Below, piece by piece: positions 40,895 through 51,733 of a stretch of DNA of 64,000 nucleotides. The DNA is from Nocardioidaceae bacterium (GTDB lineage Bacteria > Actinomycetota > Actinomycetes > Propionibacteriales > Nocardioidaceae), in the NCBI GenBank assembly GCA_013361955.1, contig JABFXA010000207.1:1942-65941 (forward strand). The letters run 5' to 3'. The position numbers and the translations under genes were made by a program. The notes under the pieces were generated by a model. The model saw nothing but the letters and a program-made list of their open reading frames with translations, searched no databases and was not told the DNA's origin. Every line of letters begins with the position of its first letter. The first letter of the stretch is position 1.

Positions 40895-42142
40895 GTGTCC
40901 TCGCCATCCGGTCCCAGCGACCCACCTACTCCTCCTCCCCGTCCCCGAGTGCACATCGTCGGCGCGGGACCGGTCGGTCTCCTCCTCACGGCGCTGCTCC
41001 AGCCGATGGAGGGCGTGTCGGTGCGGCTGTACGAGAAGAGGAGCGACTACACCCGCACACGCATGGTCACGCTCGCGCCGTACCTGGTGGCCGAGTCGGT
41101 CGAGAGCTACTGCACCGACTCCATCGACGAGGACAGCATCGGGGCCATCTTCGACCCCGACGAGCTGGTCGAGGGGCTCGCGTTCCGGCAGTCCATCCCT
41201 GACGACCTGATGGCGCTGCTGCGCGGATGGACGTTGGGCTTCTGCCCGCTCAACACCATCGAACGCTCCATCAGCGATCTGATCGACGCGCGCGGCTCGA
41301 GCTCGGTGCAGCGCACCCCCAGCGTCGTGACCGCGGACGAAGCGATCGGCATGGTCGACCCCGGCAGCATCCTGATCGACTGCACCGGAAGCAACTCGCT
41401 GCTGCGGGACCACCTGACCCTCGACGGCCACGACGGGGCCGCGGCCGCCACCAACACGCTGAAGGTCCGGCTCGAGTACGCGCTCGTCATCACCTTCCTG
41501 TACGGCCAGCCCTACGACTGCAACGAGTACTGCAAGTACTTCAAGAACGTCGAGAACCCGCACTACAAGTTCATCCCCATGGTTCACCGCACGCACTACG
41601 ACGGCAGCGTCAGCCATGTGACCGGCATCGTCAGCATCACCGCCGAGGAGTTCGAGGCGATGCCGCCCCGGTTCGACGGGGGGTGGCTGCGTCGTCATCA
41701 TCCGGACGTCGCCCGGTCGATGGACCGGTTCATCGACAAGGTCAAGGAGGAGACCCACGGAGAGGTACTCGGCGACCTCGACATCGTCCGGATACCGCTC
41801 GACCTGTACCGGGCACGTCACGCGACGAACCGGCAGTGGCTCACCTCGGGGCGTAGCGACCACCCGTTCGGCCGCTCACCGGTGATCCTCGCGGGCGACT
41901 CGGCCATCGGCTCGCCGTACTTCCAGTCGATCTCGCTCGGGTTCGAGTGCGCGAGCTACCTCGCCGGCCTGATCGCCCGGCGCGACCTGGCACCCGAGGA
42001 CATGCTCGACCGCTACGAGCGCTTCATGTACAAGCAGTGGCTGCGCGTGTACATGCGCAGCAAGATGATCAAGCACAACAAGGATCTCTTCGAGTCCATC
42101 GACCACCCGCTCGAGCTCCTGCAGAAGCTGCACATCTACTAG
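40895..42142 (+). CDS. atypical FAD-dependent oxidoreductase/monooxygenase
   Basis: IVGAGPVG, YEKR, IDCTG, LAGDS motifs; the remainder is unlike typical PheA/TfdB enzymes. Confidence 0.8.
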   Translation: MSSPSGPSDPPTPPPRPRVHIVGAGPVGLLLTALLQPMEGVSVRLYEKRSDYTRTRMVTLAPYLVAESVESYCTDSIDEDSIGAIFDPDELVEGLAFRQSIPDDLMALLRGWTLGFCPLNTIERSISDLIDARGSSSVQRTPSVVTADEAIGMVDPGSILIDCTGSNSLLRDHLTLDGHDGAAAATNTLKVRLEYALVITFLYGQPYDCNEYCKYFKNVENPHYKFIPMVHRTHYDGSVSHVTGIVSITAEEFEAMPPRFDGGWLRRHHPDVARSMDRFIDKVKEETHGEVLGDLDIVRIPLDLYRARHATNRQWLTSGRSDHPFGRSPVILAGDSAIGSPYFQSISLGFECASYLAGLIARRDLAPEDMLDRYERFMYKQWLRVYMRSKMIKHNKDLFESIDHPLELLQKLHIY

Positions 42143-42187
42143 CCGTCGTCGAAATCGGCTGGCCGCGCGGACCCGGGCTCCGCGAGC

Positions 42188-42991
42188 ATGGCGCGCATGG
42201 ATGATCGCGGCCGGTTTCTCGCGGCGTACGACGAACAGCTGAGGACCGCTGCGGAGACGCCGAGCGCGGTCGCGGTGAGGCTCCTGGGTCCGCTGCGGCT
42301 GGTGACGTTCGCAGGTGGCCGCGGCTTCGTCACGTACCAGGACCTCGGCGGTGCCGACGCCGATGAGATCGGTCGACTGGTCGCGGCAGCGCTCGCCCAC
42401 TACGAAGCGGACCCCGACGTCACGCGGGTGGAGTGGAAGACCCGGGGGCACGACCACGCACCGGGGCTGCACGAGAGCCTCGTCGGTCACGGGTTCGTCG
42501 CCGAGGAACCGGAGTCGATCATGATCGGCGCCGCGCAGCGACTGGCGGTCGACGTCCCCTTGCCGGACGGCGTCACGCTGCGTCAGGTCACGGAGGAGGG
42601 CGATGTCCGCGCCATGGCTGCGATGAGCGCGCAGGTGTTCGGTGACTCCGTCGCCGACGGGGCGGCCGTGGCCGATGCCTTGCTGCGTCGGCTCACGCGC
42701 GATGACGGCATGGAGCTGTGGGTCGCCGAGGCCGACCGGCGCGTCGTCTCCGCGGGCCGGCTCGAACCGGTTCCCGGCACCGACTTCGCGGGCATCTGGG
42801 GAGGCTCGACGCTCGAGGAGTGGCGTGGCCGCGGCATCTACCGCGCTCTGACCGCGGCGCGAGCGCGCTCGGCGCTGCGGATGGGCAAGACCCTCGTCAA
42901 CAGCGACTCCACCGAGTACTCCCGGCCGATCCTGGAACGGTACGGGTTCCTCAAGGTGTCCACCACGACGCCGTACCTCTGGCATCGCTGA
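42188..42991 (+). CDS. GNAT acetyltransferase
   Basis: C-terminal GGSTLEEWRGRGIYRAL...S.PILERYGF. Confidence 0.88.
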   Translation: MARMDDRGRFLAAYDEQLRTAAETPSAVAVRLLGPLRLVTFAGGRGFVTYQDLGGADADEIGRLVAAALAHYEADPDVTRVEWKTRGHDHAPGLHESLVGHGFVAEEPESIMIGAAQRLAVDVPLPDGVTLRQVTEEGDVRAMAAMSAQVFGDSVADGAAVADALLRRLTRDDGMELWVAEADRRVVSAGRLEPVPGTDFAGIWGGSTLEEWRGRGIYRALTAARARSALRMGKTLVNSDSTEYSRPILERYGFLKVSTTTPYLWHR

Positions 42992-43056
42992 GCGCGGCTG
43001 CGATCCGCGCGCCCGGACGACCGATGAGTCCGCGGTCGCGTGGTGGTCGACACAGC

Positions 43057-43554
43057 ATGACCACAGGACAGATCGACAACCGCTTCAGCGCCCCCGCGGC
43101 GACGGCACCCTCATGGGAGTCCGTGGAGGCATTGCTCGACCACGCCGAGCTCTACTGGCTGACCACCGTGCGGTCCGACGGACGCCCGCACGTGACTCCG
43201 CTGGTAGGTGTCTGGAGCGACGGGCACTTCGCGTTCTGCACCGGCGTCGGTGAGCAGAAGCACGTCAACCTGCAACACTCCCCGCTCGTGGCCGTGACGA
43301 CCGGCAGCAACGGCTGGAAGTCCGGCACCGACGTCGTCGTCGAGGGGACCGCGCAGCGGGTCACCGGACGCGAGCGCCTCCGGCCGCTCGCCGGGGCGTG
43401 GCGAGGCAAGTACGGCGGGGACTGGGCCTGGGACGCCGACGACGAGGGCTTCACCGACGGCGACGGCAGCCGGCCGTGGGTCTACGTCGTGGCGCCGGCG
43501 AAGGTGATCGCCTTCGGCAAGGACCCGCACTCGCAGACGGCTTATCGACCCTGA
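43057..43554 (+). CDS. pyridoxamine 5'-phosphate oxidase-like flavin-binding protein
   Basis: WLTTVRSDGRPHVTP...QKHVNL...P.V...VVVEG. Confidence 0.88.
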   Translation: MTTGQIDNRFSAPAATAPSWESVEALLDHAELYWLTTVRSDGRPHVTPLVGVWSDGHFAFCTGVGEQKHVNLQHSPLVAVTTGSNGWKSGTDVVVEGTAQRVTGRERLRPLAGAWRGKYGGDWAWDADDEGFTDGDGSRPWVYVVAPAKVIAFGKDPHSQTAYRP

Positions 43555-43578
43555 GGCAGCGGCCCCCCGCGCCCACGA

Positions 43579-44235
43579 TCAGGGGTCTTCGTCGACCTGC
43601 GGCCGCCACGGCTCGTGCTCGTGCGAGAGCCAGACCTCCGACGGGTCGAGCTCGCGGACCCGTCGCTGACCTTCGGTGCGCGGCTCGTCGAGCTCGGCGA
43701 AGAACACCGCCGTGTCGCCCGCGATGACCACCGGACGCCCGCCCGCCTCCACGACGACCACCTGTGAGCCTGGCGTGTGGCCCGGCGCCGGGACGAGCCG
43801 GACCCCCGGCAGCAGCTCGTGCGCGCCGTCGACGGGTACGTACTGCACACCGGGCGGGTCGACCCATTCGGGAATGGTGTAGTCGTCCTGGCTACGCGCG
43901 TCGTCGAGCTCCCGGCGCTGCACGTAGATGGGCCTGCCGGCGAAGAGGTGGTTGCCGCCGCAGTGGTCGAAGTGCAGGTGGGTGTTGACGACGACGTCGA
44001 TGCCGGCCACGTCGAGGTCGGGCTGCTCACTCAGCGGGTACAGGCGCGGGTCCATGTCGGCCACCGCCGGGTGCAGCTGTGTCATGCCGGTGTCGACCAG
44101 CACCCGCGCATCGGGATGGTCGACGACGTGCACGTAGACCGGCATCCGCCCGCCTTCGACGAGCAGCTCGGCCACCAGGACCGGCGTGACGGCGGGCGCC
44201 GACGCCGCGTCCCCGAAGGTCATGAACCTGGACAT
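43579..44235 (-). CDS. N-acyl-homoserine-lactonase-like metallo-beta-lactamase fold hydrolase
   Basis: LVDTG, THLHFDHCGG, PGHTPG, GD, SH. Confidence 0.85.
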   Translation of the reverse strand: MSRFMTFGDAASAPAVTPVLVAELLVEGGRMPVYVHVVDHPDARVLVDTGMTQLHPAVADMDPRLYPLSEQPDLDVAGIDVVVNTHLHFDHCGGNHLFAGRPIYVQRRELDDARSQDDYTIPEWVDPPGVQYVPVDGAHELLPGVRLVPAPGHTPGSQVVVVEAGGRPVVIAGDTAVFFAELDEPRTEGQRRVRELDPSEVWLSHEHEPWRPQVDEDP

Positions 44236-44454
44236 ACCCGCTCGCTTCCCTCGACGTTCTCGCTGCTCGTTCGCCGCTGAAGCGGCCCCTAGCACTATGA
44301 CTGCCGAGAGTCACAAAGATCATCGAGCCGCAGCTGCCTGCTCTGGTTCCTCGGTGGTTGTGCGTATGTCGCGGCATCGGCGCTGTCTCCGACCATCGGG
44401 TCATGGCGACGGGGGACGTGGACCTGGCCGCGCGCACGGGGGGCGCGTGATGGT

Positions 44455-46249
44455 GTGCCAGGTCCACGCGCCGTCGTGTCCCACCAGCGGGTCTTCGCCG
44501 TGGGCACCGGTCGGGTGCCGGCGCTCGACGGGGTGCGCGGGCTCGCGGTACTCGCGGTGCTCGCCTTCCACGGAGGGCTGCCGTGGGCACGCGGCGGGTT
44601 CCTCGGTGTCGACGCGTTCTTCGTGCTGTCCGGCTACCTGATCACCTCGCTGTTGCTGGCCGAGTGGGGCCGGACCCGGGGCATCGCGCTGCTCGCGTTC
44701 TGGGGTCGGCGGCTGCGACGGCTGCTGCCTGCGCTGTTGCTGATGGTGACCACGGTCGCGGTGACCGCGCGCTCCTTCATTCCCGCCGAGCAACGCCTCC
44801 AGCTGCGCGACGACTCGTTCGCCGCGCTCTTCTACGTCGCGAACTGGCGGATGGCGCTGCGCGGCGGGGACTACTTCTCGGACACCGCAGGCCCGTCACC
44901 GCTCGAGCACACCTGGTCGGTCGGGGTGGAGGAGCAGTTCTACCTGCTGGCACCGCTCCTGCTCGGCGGCGCGGCGTTCCTGGGCTGGGCCTGGACACAC
45001 GCGTCCGGCACCGACTCGTGGCTGTACCACCGCGGGCCGCTCGTCGCCGCGGCCTCCGTGGCCGCCGCTCGCCCACGTCGCGGTCGCACCGCACGGGTTC
45101 AGCGCCCGCGCGTTGGCCGTCCCGCCCTTGACGGCCCTCGGGCTGGTCTCCTACGGCGTCTACCTGTGGCACTGGCCGGTGTTCCTCGCCGTCGACGGGC
45201 ACCGCACGGGCCTCGCCGGCACCGCGCTGTGGCTGCTGCGCTGCGGGGTCACCCTCACCATCGCGACCGCCTCGTACCTGCTCGTCGAGCGGCCGGTCCG
45301 ACGCTCCCGGGCACTTCGAACCGCACCCGTGACCTTCGCCGCGGCCGCCGCCGCCGTCGTCGCGGCCGCGCTGGTGGTGACCTCGACACCGCGACCGACC
45401 ACGGTCGCCGGCCCCGCCGACGTACCACCGGTCGGAGGTCTCGAACGCCTCCCCGCCGACGGAGCTCCACGCATCGACGTCCCGCGGGCAGCCCCGACGC
45501 CTGCAGTCCACCGGTGGCGCCCCGGGACCCGGCTGGTCGTCGACGTGTTCGGGGACTCGCTGCCGTGGAGCCTGGTCCGGGCCCTGCCGGCACACCCTCG
45601 GGTCGAGCGAGGTGCGGGACCGCACCATCCTCGGCTGCGGCATCGTGCTCAGCGCGCCCTACCGGTACTTCGGCCACACCTACCCACGCGTCTACCGGGT
45701 CTGCCGCGGCTGGAGCGACAAGTGGCGCCGGGCCCTCGCCGCCGACCAGCCACACGTCGCACTGGTGATGGTCGGTCGATGGGAGACCATGACCCGCACC
45801 CTGCACGGACGATGGCGCGCGCCCTCGGCGACCCGACGTACGACGCCTACCTGCGGCGACGCCTCCACCACGCGATCGAGGTCGCGGGCAGCACCGGCGC
45901 GCGTGTCGTGCTGGCGACCCTCCCCTACAACCGGCACGGCGAACGGCCCGACGGCGGGCTCCTCCCCGAGGACGAGCCCACGCGCGTCACCGCCTGGAAC
46001 CGGCTGCTCCGCGAGGTCGCCGCCCACCACGCCGGCGTGGCGGTCCTCGACCTCGGCCACCGCATCACGCCCGAGAACAGGTACACCGACCTTGCCGGCG
46101 GCTACCTGATGCGCACCGACGGCCTCCACCTGGCCCCGACGGCGTGCGCCGTGGGTCGCGCCCCGGCTCTACCCGCGGCTGACCGAGCTGGCCCGGCGGT
46201 GACCGACCCCGTCCGTGCGTCGTTGGTATTAGCACCTTCGGTGGTATAG
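44455..46249 (+). pseudogene. OafA/OatA-type acyltransferase_3 + SGNH gene, multiply disrupted
   Basis: LDGVRGLAV, GGFLGVDAFFVLSGYLIT, HTWSVGVEEQFY; then SYGVYLWHWP, GDS and DGLH in other frames; middle TMs deleted. Confidence 0.82.
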
Positions 46250-46459
46250 GCCTCGCGGCCGGTTGGGAGGAGGCTTGAGGGGTCGGGCGGCACTCCCCCC
46301 ACACGCCGCTCGGCACTCACCGGGGGCGTCACCCCCCAGGCGCGCCCGGTGTGCCGGTTGCGACCGGCGGCAACAGGCAGTCCCGGGTCCTGGCGTACCC
46401 GGGGCTGCTGCCCGGTCGGCCCGCCCGCACCGCTGGCAGGCGGCCGGAGCCGGGAGGGC

Positions 46460-47854
46460 TCACGGCCGCCCCGGCCCGGCCTGGAGCGCGAGCACCGTCA
46501 CGTCGTCGTCGAGCCGAGAGTCGTCGACCAGCAGCGCCTCCAGGACGTGGTCGAGAAGCCCGTCCGGACCGATGTGCGGGCCACGCACCGCCTCCAAGCG
46601 CGCCAGCCCCTCGCTGATGGACCCGGTACGGCGCTCGACCAGTCCGTCCGAGTACAGCATCAGCGATCCGTTCGGCTGGATCCGGCAGGCTCGATCGACG
46701 TACGTCGCGCGCTCGGTGACCCCGAGCGGCGGGCCGGGATCGCCGTCGAGCAGCCGGCCGTCCCCCTCGGGCCCGACCACGAGCGGGTTGAGGTGCCCGG
46801 CGCTCGACCAGCGCACCACTCGGGTGGCCGGGTTCACGATCGCGTACAGGCAGGTGGTCAGGTCGGTCACCTCGAGCAGGTCCGCGACCCTGTTCACGCG
46901 AGCCAGGACCGCGGCGGGCGACGGTTCGTCGACAGCGAAGGCACGCAGGGCACTTCGCAGCTCCCCCATCGCGGTGGCGGCCCGCAGGTCGTGCCCGACC
47001 ACGTCTCCTACGACCAGCCCTACCTCGCCCGACGGCAGCGAGATGACGTCGTACCAGTCGCCGCCGATCCGCATCGAGGAGTTGCCCGGCTTGGAGCGCA
47101 CCGCGAACCGCAGGCCGGGCACCGCCGGCAGTCGATCCGGGAGCAGGCTGCGCTGCAGGTGATCGGCGACCGCCCGCTGCTCCGCCTCCCGGCCCAGAGC
47201 GTCGAGCAGGTTGCGACCCGCCCGCCGCAGCACCCAGAGCAGGAACAGCCAGCCGGCCAGCGCAGCGACCGCGGTGCCCACCAGCATCCACGCCACCATC
47301 ACCTGCTGGTCCCGCCGCTCGGTGGCGACCCGGTTCGCCGTGGCGGCCAGCCTGGCCGTCAACCGGGCCTGGCCCCCGACCAGGTCCTCGTAGGTGCGGT
47401 CGAACCGCTCCAGCCGCTGCTCACCGACCTGCCCCGTCGTCAGGCCGGCACGCACCAGCCGGAGCGCCTCGGTGACGTACGACCGTCGGGCGGACTGCAG
47501 ACCGGCCACCGCACCATCGAGACCCCCGGGCAGGTCGACCTCGCGCAGCTGGTCGAGGTCTCGCCGGAGCTGCCGGGCATGGCCCTGGGTCATCAGCAGC
47601 GTTCGGCTCAGTCGCGCCTCGGAACGAGTCCCCGCGGGCGCGGTCGCCTCGGCGACATCACCGCGAAGCGCGTCGTGCATCATGTCCGCGTCCTGGTTCA
47701 GCCGCTGCGCCGTGGCCAGCCCCTCCAGCACCCTCCCGGTGCGGGCGGTGCCGACCAGGGTGAAGATCACGGCACCCGCGACCACCGTGGTCCACACGGC
47801 TCCGAGGACCCCGAGAACCACCAGCCGGCGCGGCCATGCACGGCCAGTCCCCAC
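46460..47854 (-). CDS. PP2C/SpoIIE phosphatase with an extracytoplasmic helical sensor domain
   Basis: TM-sensor(DMMHDALRGDV)-TM; GGDWYD, VGDVVGH, SAGH, YSDGLVE, DDDVTVL. Confidence 0.9.
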   Translation of the reverse strand: MGTGRAWPRRLVVLGVLGAVWTTVVAGAVIFTLVGTARTGRVLEGLATAQRLNQDADMMHDALRGDVAEATAPAGTRSEARLSRTLLMTQGHARQLRRDLDQLREVDLPGGLDGAVAGLQSARRSYVTEALRLVRAGLTTGQVGEQRLERFDRTYEDLVGGQARLTARLAATANRVATERRDQQVMVAWMLVGTAVAALAGWLFLLWVLRRAGRNLLDALGREAEQRAVADHLQRSLLPDRLPAVPGLRFAVRSKPGNSSMRIGGDWYDVISLPSGEVGLVVGDVVGHDLRAATAMGELRSALRAFAVDEPSPAAVLARVNRVADLLEVTDLTTCLYAIVNPATRVVRWSSAGHLNPLVVGPEGDGRLLDGDPGPPLGVTERATYVDRACRIQPNGSLMLYSDGLVERRTGSISEGLARLEAVRGPHIGPDGLLDHVLEALLVDDSRLDDDVTVLALQAGPGRP

Positions 47855-48202
47855 CTGTCACCCCCCGGACGAGCGGCCTCGCACTCCCCCGCCCCGTCGG
47901 CCGCCTCTCCTCACGGCCGGATCGCACGAAGGTACCTCGCCGGCTCGGGTCTCCACGGTCGAGCACCGCAAATGACCCGAACGGGTGGGCAGCAGACAAC
48001 CCCTCGTGACCATGGGCAGACGTGCTCAGACCGCGACGATCACCCACATATCCGTACGTCGAGGAATGACCGCATCTGACCCGAGGTGCCCCGCCGCTGC
48101 ATCGGGCGATCTTCGAGTCGCTCGCGGCCGACCTCCGCAGGCGTCTCCCTCACGACTTCGACGTGATGGCCGAGACCGACACGACTGCTGCGCGCCAGCG
48201 GA

Positions 48203-48640
48203 CTAGCGGGTGAGCACGAAGTGGAAGCAGGGCGTCGTTTGCTTGGGGTGGCACGAGGACACCACCTGCCAGTACGCGTACGTCCACGCTTCGGCGACGA
48301 CGCCTGCTCCCAGGAAACCGTCGGCCGCACCGTCCCTTTCGCCGGCCGGATCACCGCTCTGAAGCCGCCCGGCCGAGGCGATGGTCGTGTTCTCGACGGG
48401 GCCGCTCGCGGCGAGAGCGACGGTCGCGACCGCACCACCAGCCAGCAACGCGAGGCCGGCCAACAGAGCCAGTCTCGGCGTCCATCCCGGCGCCGCGCTC
48501 TCGGCGTGACCCACCCGTCCAGCACCGCCAGGTCGACCCGCAATCGGCTTCCTTCGCCAAGTGCGCTCGGACCCGCACGACAACGTCTCGGCCGGCCAGA
48601 CCATCACCGGATCCCTCGAACGGTCCCCCACGGCCCCCAT
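48203..48640 (-). CDS. doubtful hypothetical protein in a degenerate region
   Basis: One hydrophobic segment (LALLAGLALLAGGAVA); no family motif. Confidence 0.2.
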   Translation of the reverse strand: MGAVGDRSRDPVMVWPAETLSCGSERTWRRKPIAGRPGGAGRVGHAESAAPGWTPRLALLAGLALLAGGAVATVALAASGPVENTTIASAGRLQSGDPAGERDGAADGFLGAGVVAEAWTYAYWQVVSSCHPKQTTPCFHFVLTR

Positions 48641-49713
48641 CGCGCGGCTCGTCAGTGCCGAGATGTGCGAACCGAGAGGTGTCGCCGCGAACCGAGTGCG
48701 TCGGCACAGTGGCTGCTGTGGCGCCGGCGGCTGACCTCGACATGCACGCTAGCCCTGACCCGGCGAGCCCGGTAGGGACGTCTAGCACGCCCGCAACCGC
48801 CTGGGCAGGTGGACTCACCACGAACCTCGGCAGGGGCGCGAAGCAGCCGACGACCAGGCAGCCATGCCCCCGCATCTGGCGAACAGCTCGAACATCCCGC
48901 TCCAGCGCCCGTCGACTGCTGACGCCCGGACTCGGCGGAGGGCCCGGCGAGCGGGTTCGTGCTCGCCCAGCGCGTGAACCGTGAACGCGATGCCGGTGAG
49001 CGCCGAAGTAGAGCGACCGTCCTCGACGGGGTCGACGTCGCCTGCGAGCCCGGTGGTAGAGGCGCAGCTCGGCCCAGTCTCGGCTGTCGACGTTCCGCAT
49101 CCAGTGGACGGTCGCACGGGCAAGGTCCTCGGCCGCGGCGACCCGCGGTGGACGACCACCAGGGTGCATGAGCGCGACGCTATTCACGCATCCGCGTCGC
49201 CGGCGCGCGACGACAAGCGCGTCGGCCATCGAGACAGACGTGACCGTGAGCAACGCGCCGGGCGCCCTGCTCGCGGTCGCGATCACCAGCCTCACCGCGT
49301 TCTGGGTCGTGACGTCGACGGCCCGGCTGTACCTCGACAACCTGTACGGCCCGTTCGGTGAGCACGGGGCGCTCGGGGCTCTGGCCGGCCTGGGCTGCGG
49401 CATCGGGGCAGGTGCCGTGAGCTTTGTCCTGACTCGAGGAGCCGCTCGACGGTCCCGGGCGCTGCTGGTCCTTCCAAGCACTACCCACCCGGAGTACAGG
49501 ACGGCTCAGCGGCTCGCTACTGCGTCGGCGTGGAGCACCGGATCCCGAACGGCTGACCCCACCGTCGTCGAGCAGGGGCGGCGAGGCGGGAAATCGCTCG
49601 ATCGAGGTGATGTCCGCGGCACGCTGTGGGCCGATGCTGTCGTACGCAACCGGCTGTTGCACGCCAGCACCCACGGGGTGCGGGCGCTCGGGGACGACGA
49701 GAGGTGGTGTCAG

Positions 49714-50610
49714 ATGTCCGATCCGTCACGTGAGCAGGTGCCTTCGACGGAGAACGTCTCGGGGGCAGCGGTCAGTCATGCCGCCGTCGCGCTGAGGTCC
49801 ATGGGGCAGCCGAACTCGGTGACGGGTGCCTTCGACTTCTGGAACGACCACTACGAAGGGCGACGGCTGTTCTCCGAGCTGCTCGGGACGTTCATGTTGG
49901 TGCTCGTGGCGGTGGGCGGTGGCATGGTCAGCGCGCACTTCGGGGGCGATGCGATTCCGTACGGCGCGAAGGTGGTCTCCCCGGCCCTGATGGTGGCGGC
50001 GGTCATCCTGTTCATGGGGACGGTCTCGGGTGCGCACCTGAATCCGGCGGTGAGCGTGGCGTTCGCGGCGCGCGGCGACTTCCCGTGGAAGCGCGTCCCG
50101 GCGTACATCGTCGCTCAGTTCCTCGGCGCCATCTTGGCCACGTTGTTGCTGTGGGCGTTCCTGGGCAAGGAGGGCAGCGCGGGGTTGACGCTGCCCGGCA
50201 GTGGGATCTCGACGTTCAGCGCGATGCTGTGGGAGGTGGTCCTCACCACGGGGCTGGTGAGCGTGATCCTGGGCACGGCATCGGGCGCCCAGCAGATCGG
50301 ACCGCTGGCGGCGGCCGCAGTGGGCAGCTACATCGCGTTGGCGGGGCTCTGGGGATCTCCGGTCAGCGGCGCGTCGATGAATCCGGCCCGGTCGTTGGGT
50401 CCGGTCCTGGTGAAGGGCGACTGGACCGCGTGGTGGGCCGACCTGGTGGGACCGTTGGTCGGTGCGTTCATCGCGGTGGCCTTCGCCTACGTGCTGCGCG
50501 GCGCGGGTGGCGGCAGGAGCGGGGTCGCGGCCGCGCAGGGCACGCTCGGGGTGGAATGGCACCCTGGCCCCGATCCTCGGCAGCAGAACCCACCCGCCAG
50601 CGCTGAGTGA
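49714..50610 (+). CDS. aquaporin / MIP channel
   Basis: SELLGTF, GAHLNPAVS and SMNPARSLGP (two NPA motifs). Confidence 0.95.
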   Translation: MSDPSREQVPSTENVSGAAVSHAAVALRSMGQPNSVTGAFDFWNDHYEGRRLFSELLGTFMLVLVAVGGGMVSAHFGGDAIPYGAKVVSPALMVAAVILFMGTVSGAHLNPAVSVAFAARGDFPWKRVPAYIVAQFLGAILATLLLWAFLGKEGSAGLTLPGSGISTFSAMLWEVVLTTGLVSVILGTASGAQQIGPLAAAAVGSYIALAGLWGSPVSGASMNPARSLGPVLVKGDWTAWWADLVGPLVGAFIAVAFAYVLRGAGGGRSGVAAAQGTLGVEWHPGPDPRQQNPPASAE

Positions 50611-50648
50611 GGAAGCACGACTGGTAGCAGCACCTGACAGGTCCCCGG

Positions 50649-51599
50649 TCACAGGACGGCGATCGGGTTCACCGGAGATCCCGTGGCGCCCGACAGCCGG
50701 AGCGGCGCGATCACGCACAGGAACGACCATCGCCCGGCCTGCTGGCAGAGCGCGAGGAGGTCCTCGAGCTGCAAGTAGTCCATCAGCATCAGGCCGAGTG
50801 CGTGGATGGCCAGCACGTGCACCGGGAAGTCCACCCCGTCCGTGAGAGCCGGAGCCGTGTCGCCGTTGCCGTCGTTGCCCAGGACCGCGACCTGACGCTC
50901 CGAAAAGAACGGGACCACCTCCGGGTGCAACCCCGTCCGGGCCTTGGCCACGTCCCACGGCCCCTGCTCGTTGCGACGTTGCCGATGACCGACCCGCACC
51001 AGCAGGATGTCGCCGGATCCGACCTCGACGCCCTGGCTGCGCTCGGCCGCGAGCAGGTCGGCCACCGTCACGTGGTCGCCTGGCTCGAGCCATGGCCGTC
51101 CGCGAGACCGCGACACGTCCAGCAGCACGCCCCGCCCGACGAGGCCGTCGGCAGCCGTTCTCACGGACAGCTCGGTTGCGCCGTCCTCGGTCAGGGTCGT
51201 GGTGGGTACGCCGTTGTACAGCTCGCCGTCGAAGATCACGTGGCAGAGGGCGTCGAGATGGCTGTCGGCGTCGCCGTGGATGTTCATCTCGATCCGGTCC
51301 ACGCCGAACGCCAGTCCTGTTCCGGACACCGCTGGTGGGCCCAACATGACGTGTCGGGCGGGCTCGGGGTTGTCCGGTGTCCGCCGGCCCGCCACGGGTG
51401 AGGCAAGCGAGACGGCGCGGCCCCACCTGACCTCGCCGGCGGCGGCGAGGGTCTCGGCCTCAGTGAGGTAGTTCAGTGCCCCGCGTCTGTCGTCAGGCCC
51501 CCACGGCACGCTTTCGCGCAACCGGCGGTACAGCGAGCGGAACTCGTCCTCAGACATCCGACCCGGCGAGCCGGAGCCGGTGCCTGCCGTCCGGGTCAT
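50649..51599 (-). CDS. cyclase/kynurenine-formamidase-like metal hydrolase
   Basis: GALNYL, H...SHLDALCH, GRGVLLD, H..AI...G....DY..LE.L, GATGSPVNPIA. Confidence 0.88.
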   Translation of the reverse strand: MTRTAGTGSGSPGRMSEDEFRSLYRRLRESVPWGPDDRRGALNYLTEAETLAAAGEVRWGRAVSLASPVAGRRTPDNPEPARHVMLGPPAVSGTGLAFGVDRIEMNIHGDADSHLDALCHVIFDGELYNGVPTTTLTEDGATELSVRTAADGLVGRGVLLDVSRSRGRPWLEPGDHVTVADLLAAERSQGVEVGSGDILLVRVGHRQRRNEQGPWDVAKARTGLHPEVVPFFSERQVAVLGNDGNGDTAPALTDGVDFPVHVLAIHALGLMLMDYLQLEDLLALCQQAGRWSFLCVIAPLRLSGATGSPVNPIAVL

Positions 51600-51733
51600 C
51601 CGCTCAGCCTCCCCGCCGCCGCTTGCACCCAGCATTCTGGGGGCTGCCACGCCGAGCAACCTCATTCGGCCGGGGTGAGGCGCCGGTGTCCGGGAGGCGT
51701 AGACGATCGCAGCTACCCGTCGGAAGGAGCATC

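Noticed and set aside
49168-49713. N-terminal fusion domain on the aquaporin
   Set aside because: The frame is open, but composition degrades after a short hydrophobic patch and an RBS-like GAGAGG precedes ATG 49714; more likely a decayed gene upstream.
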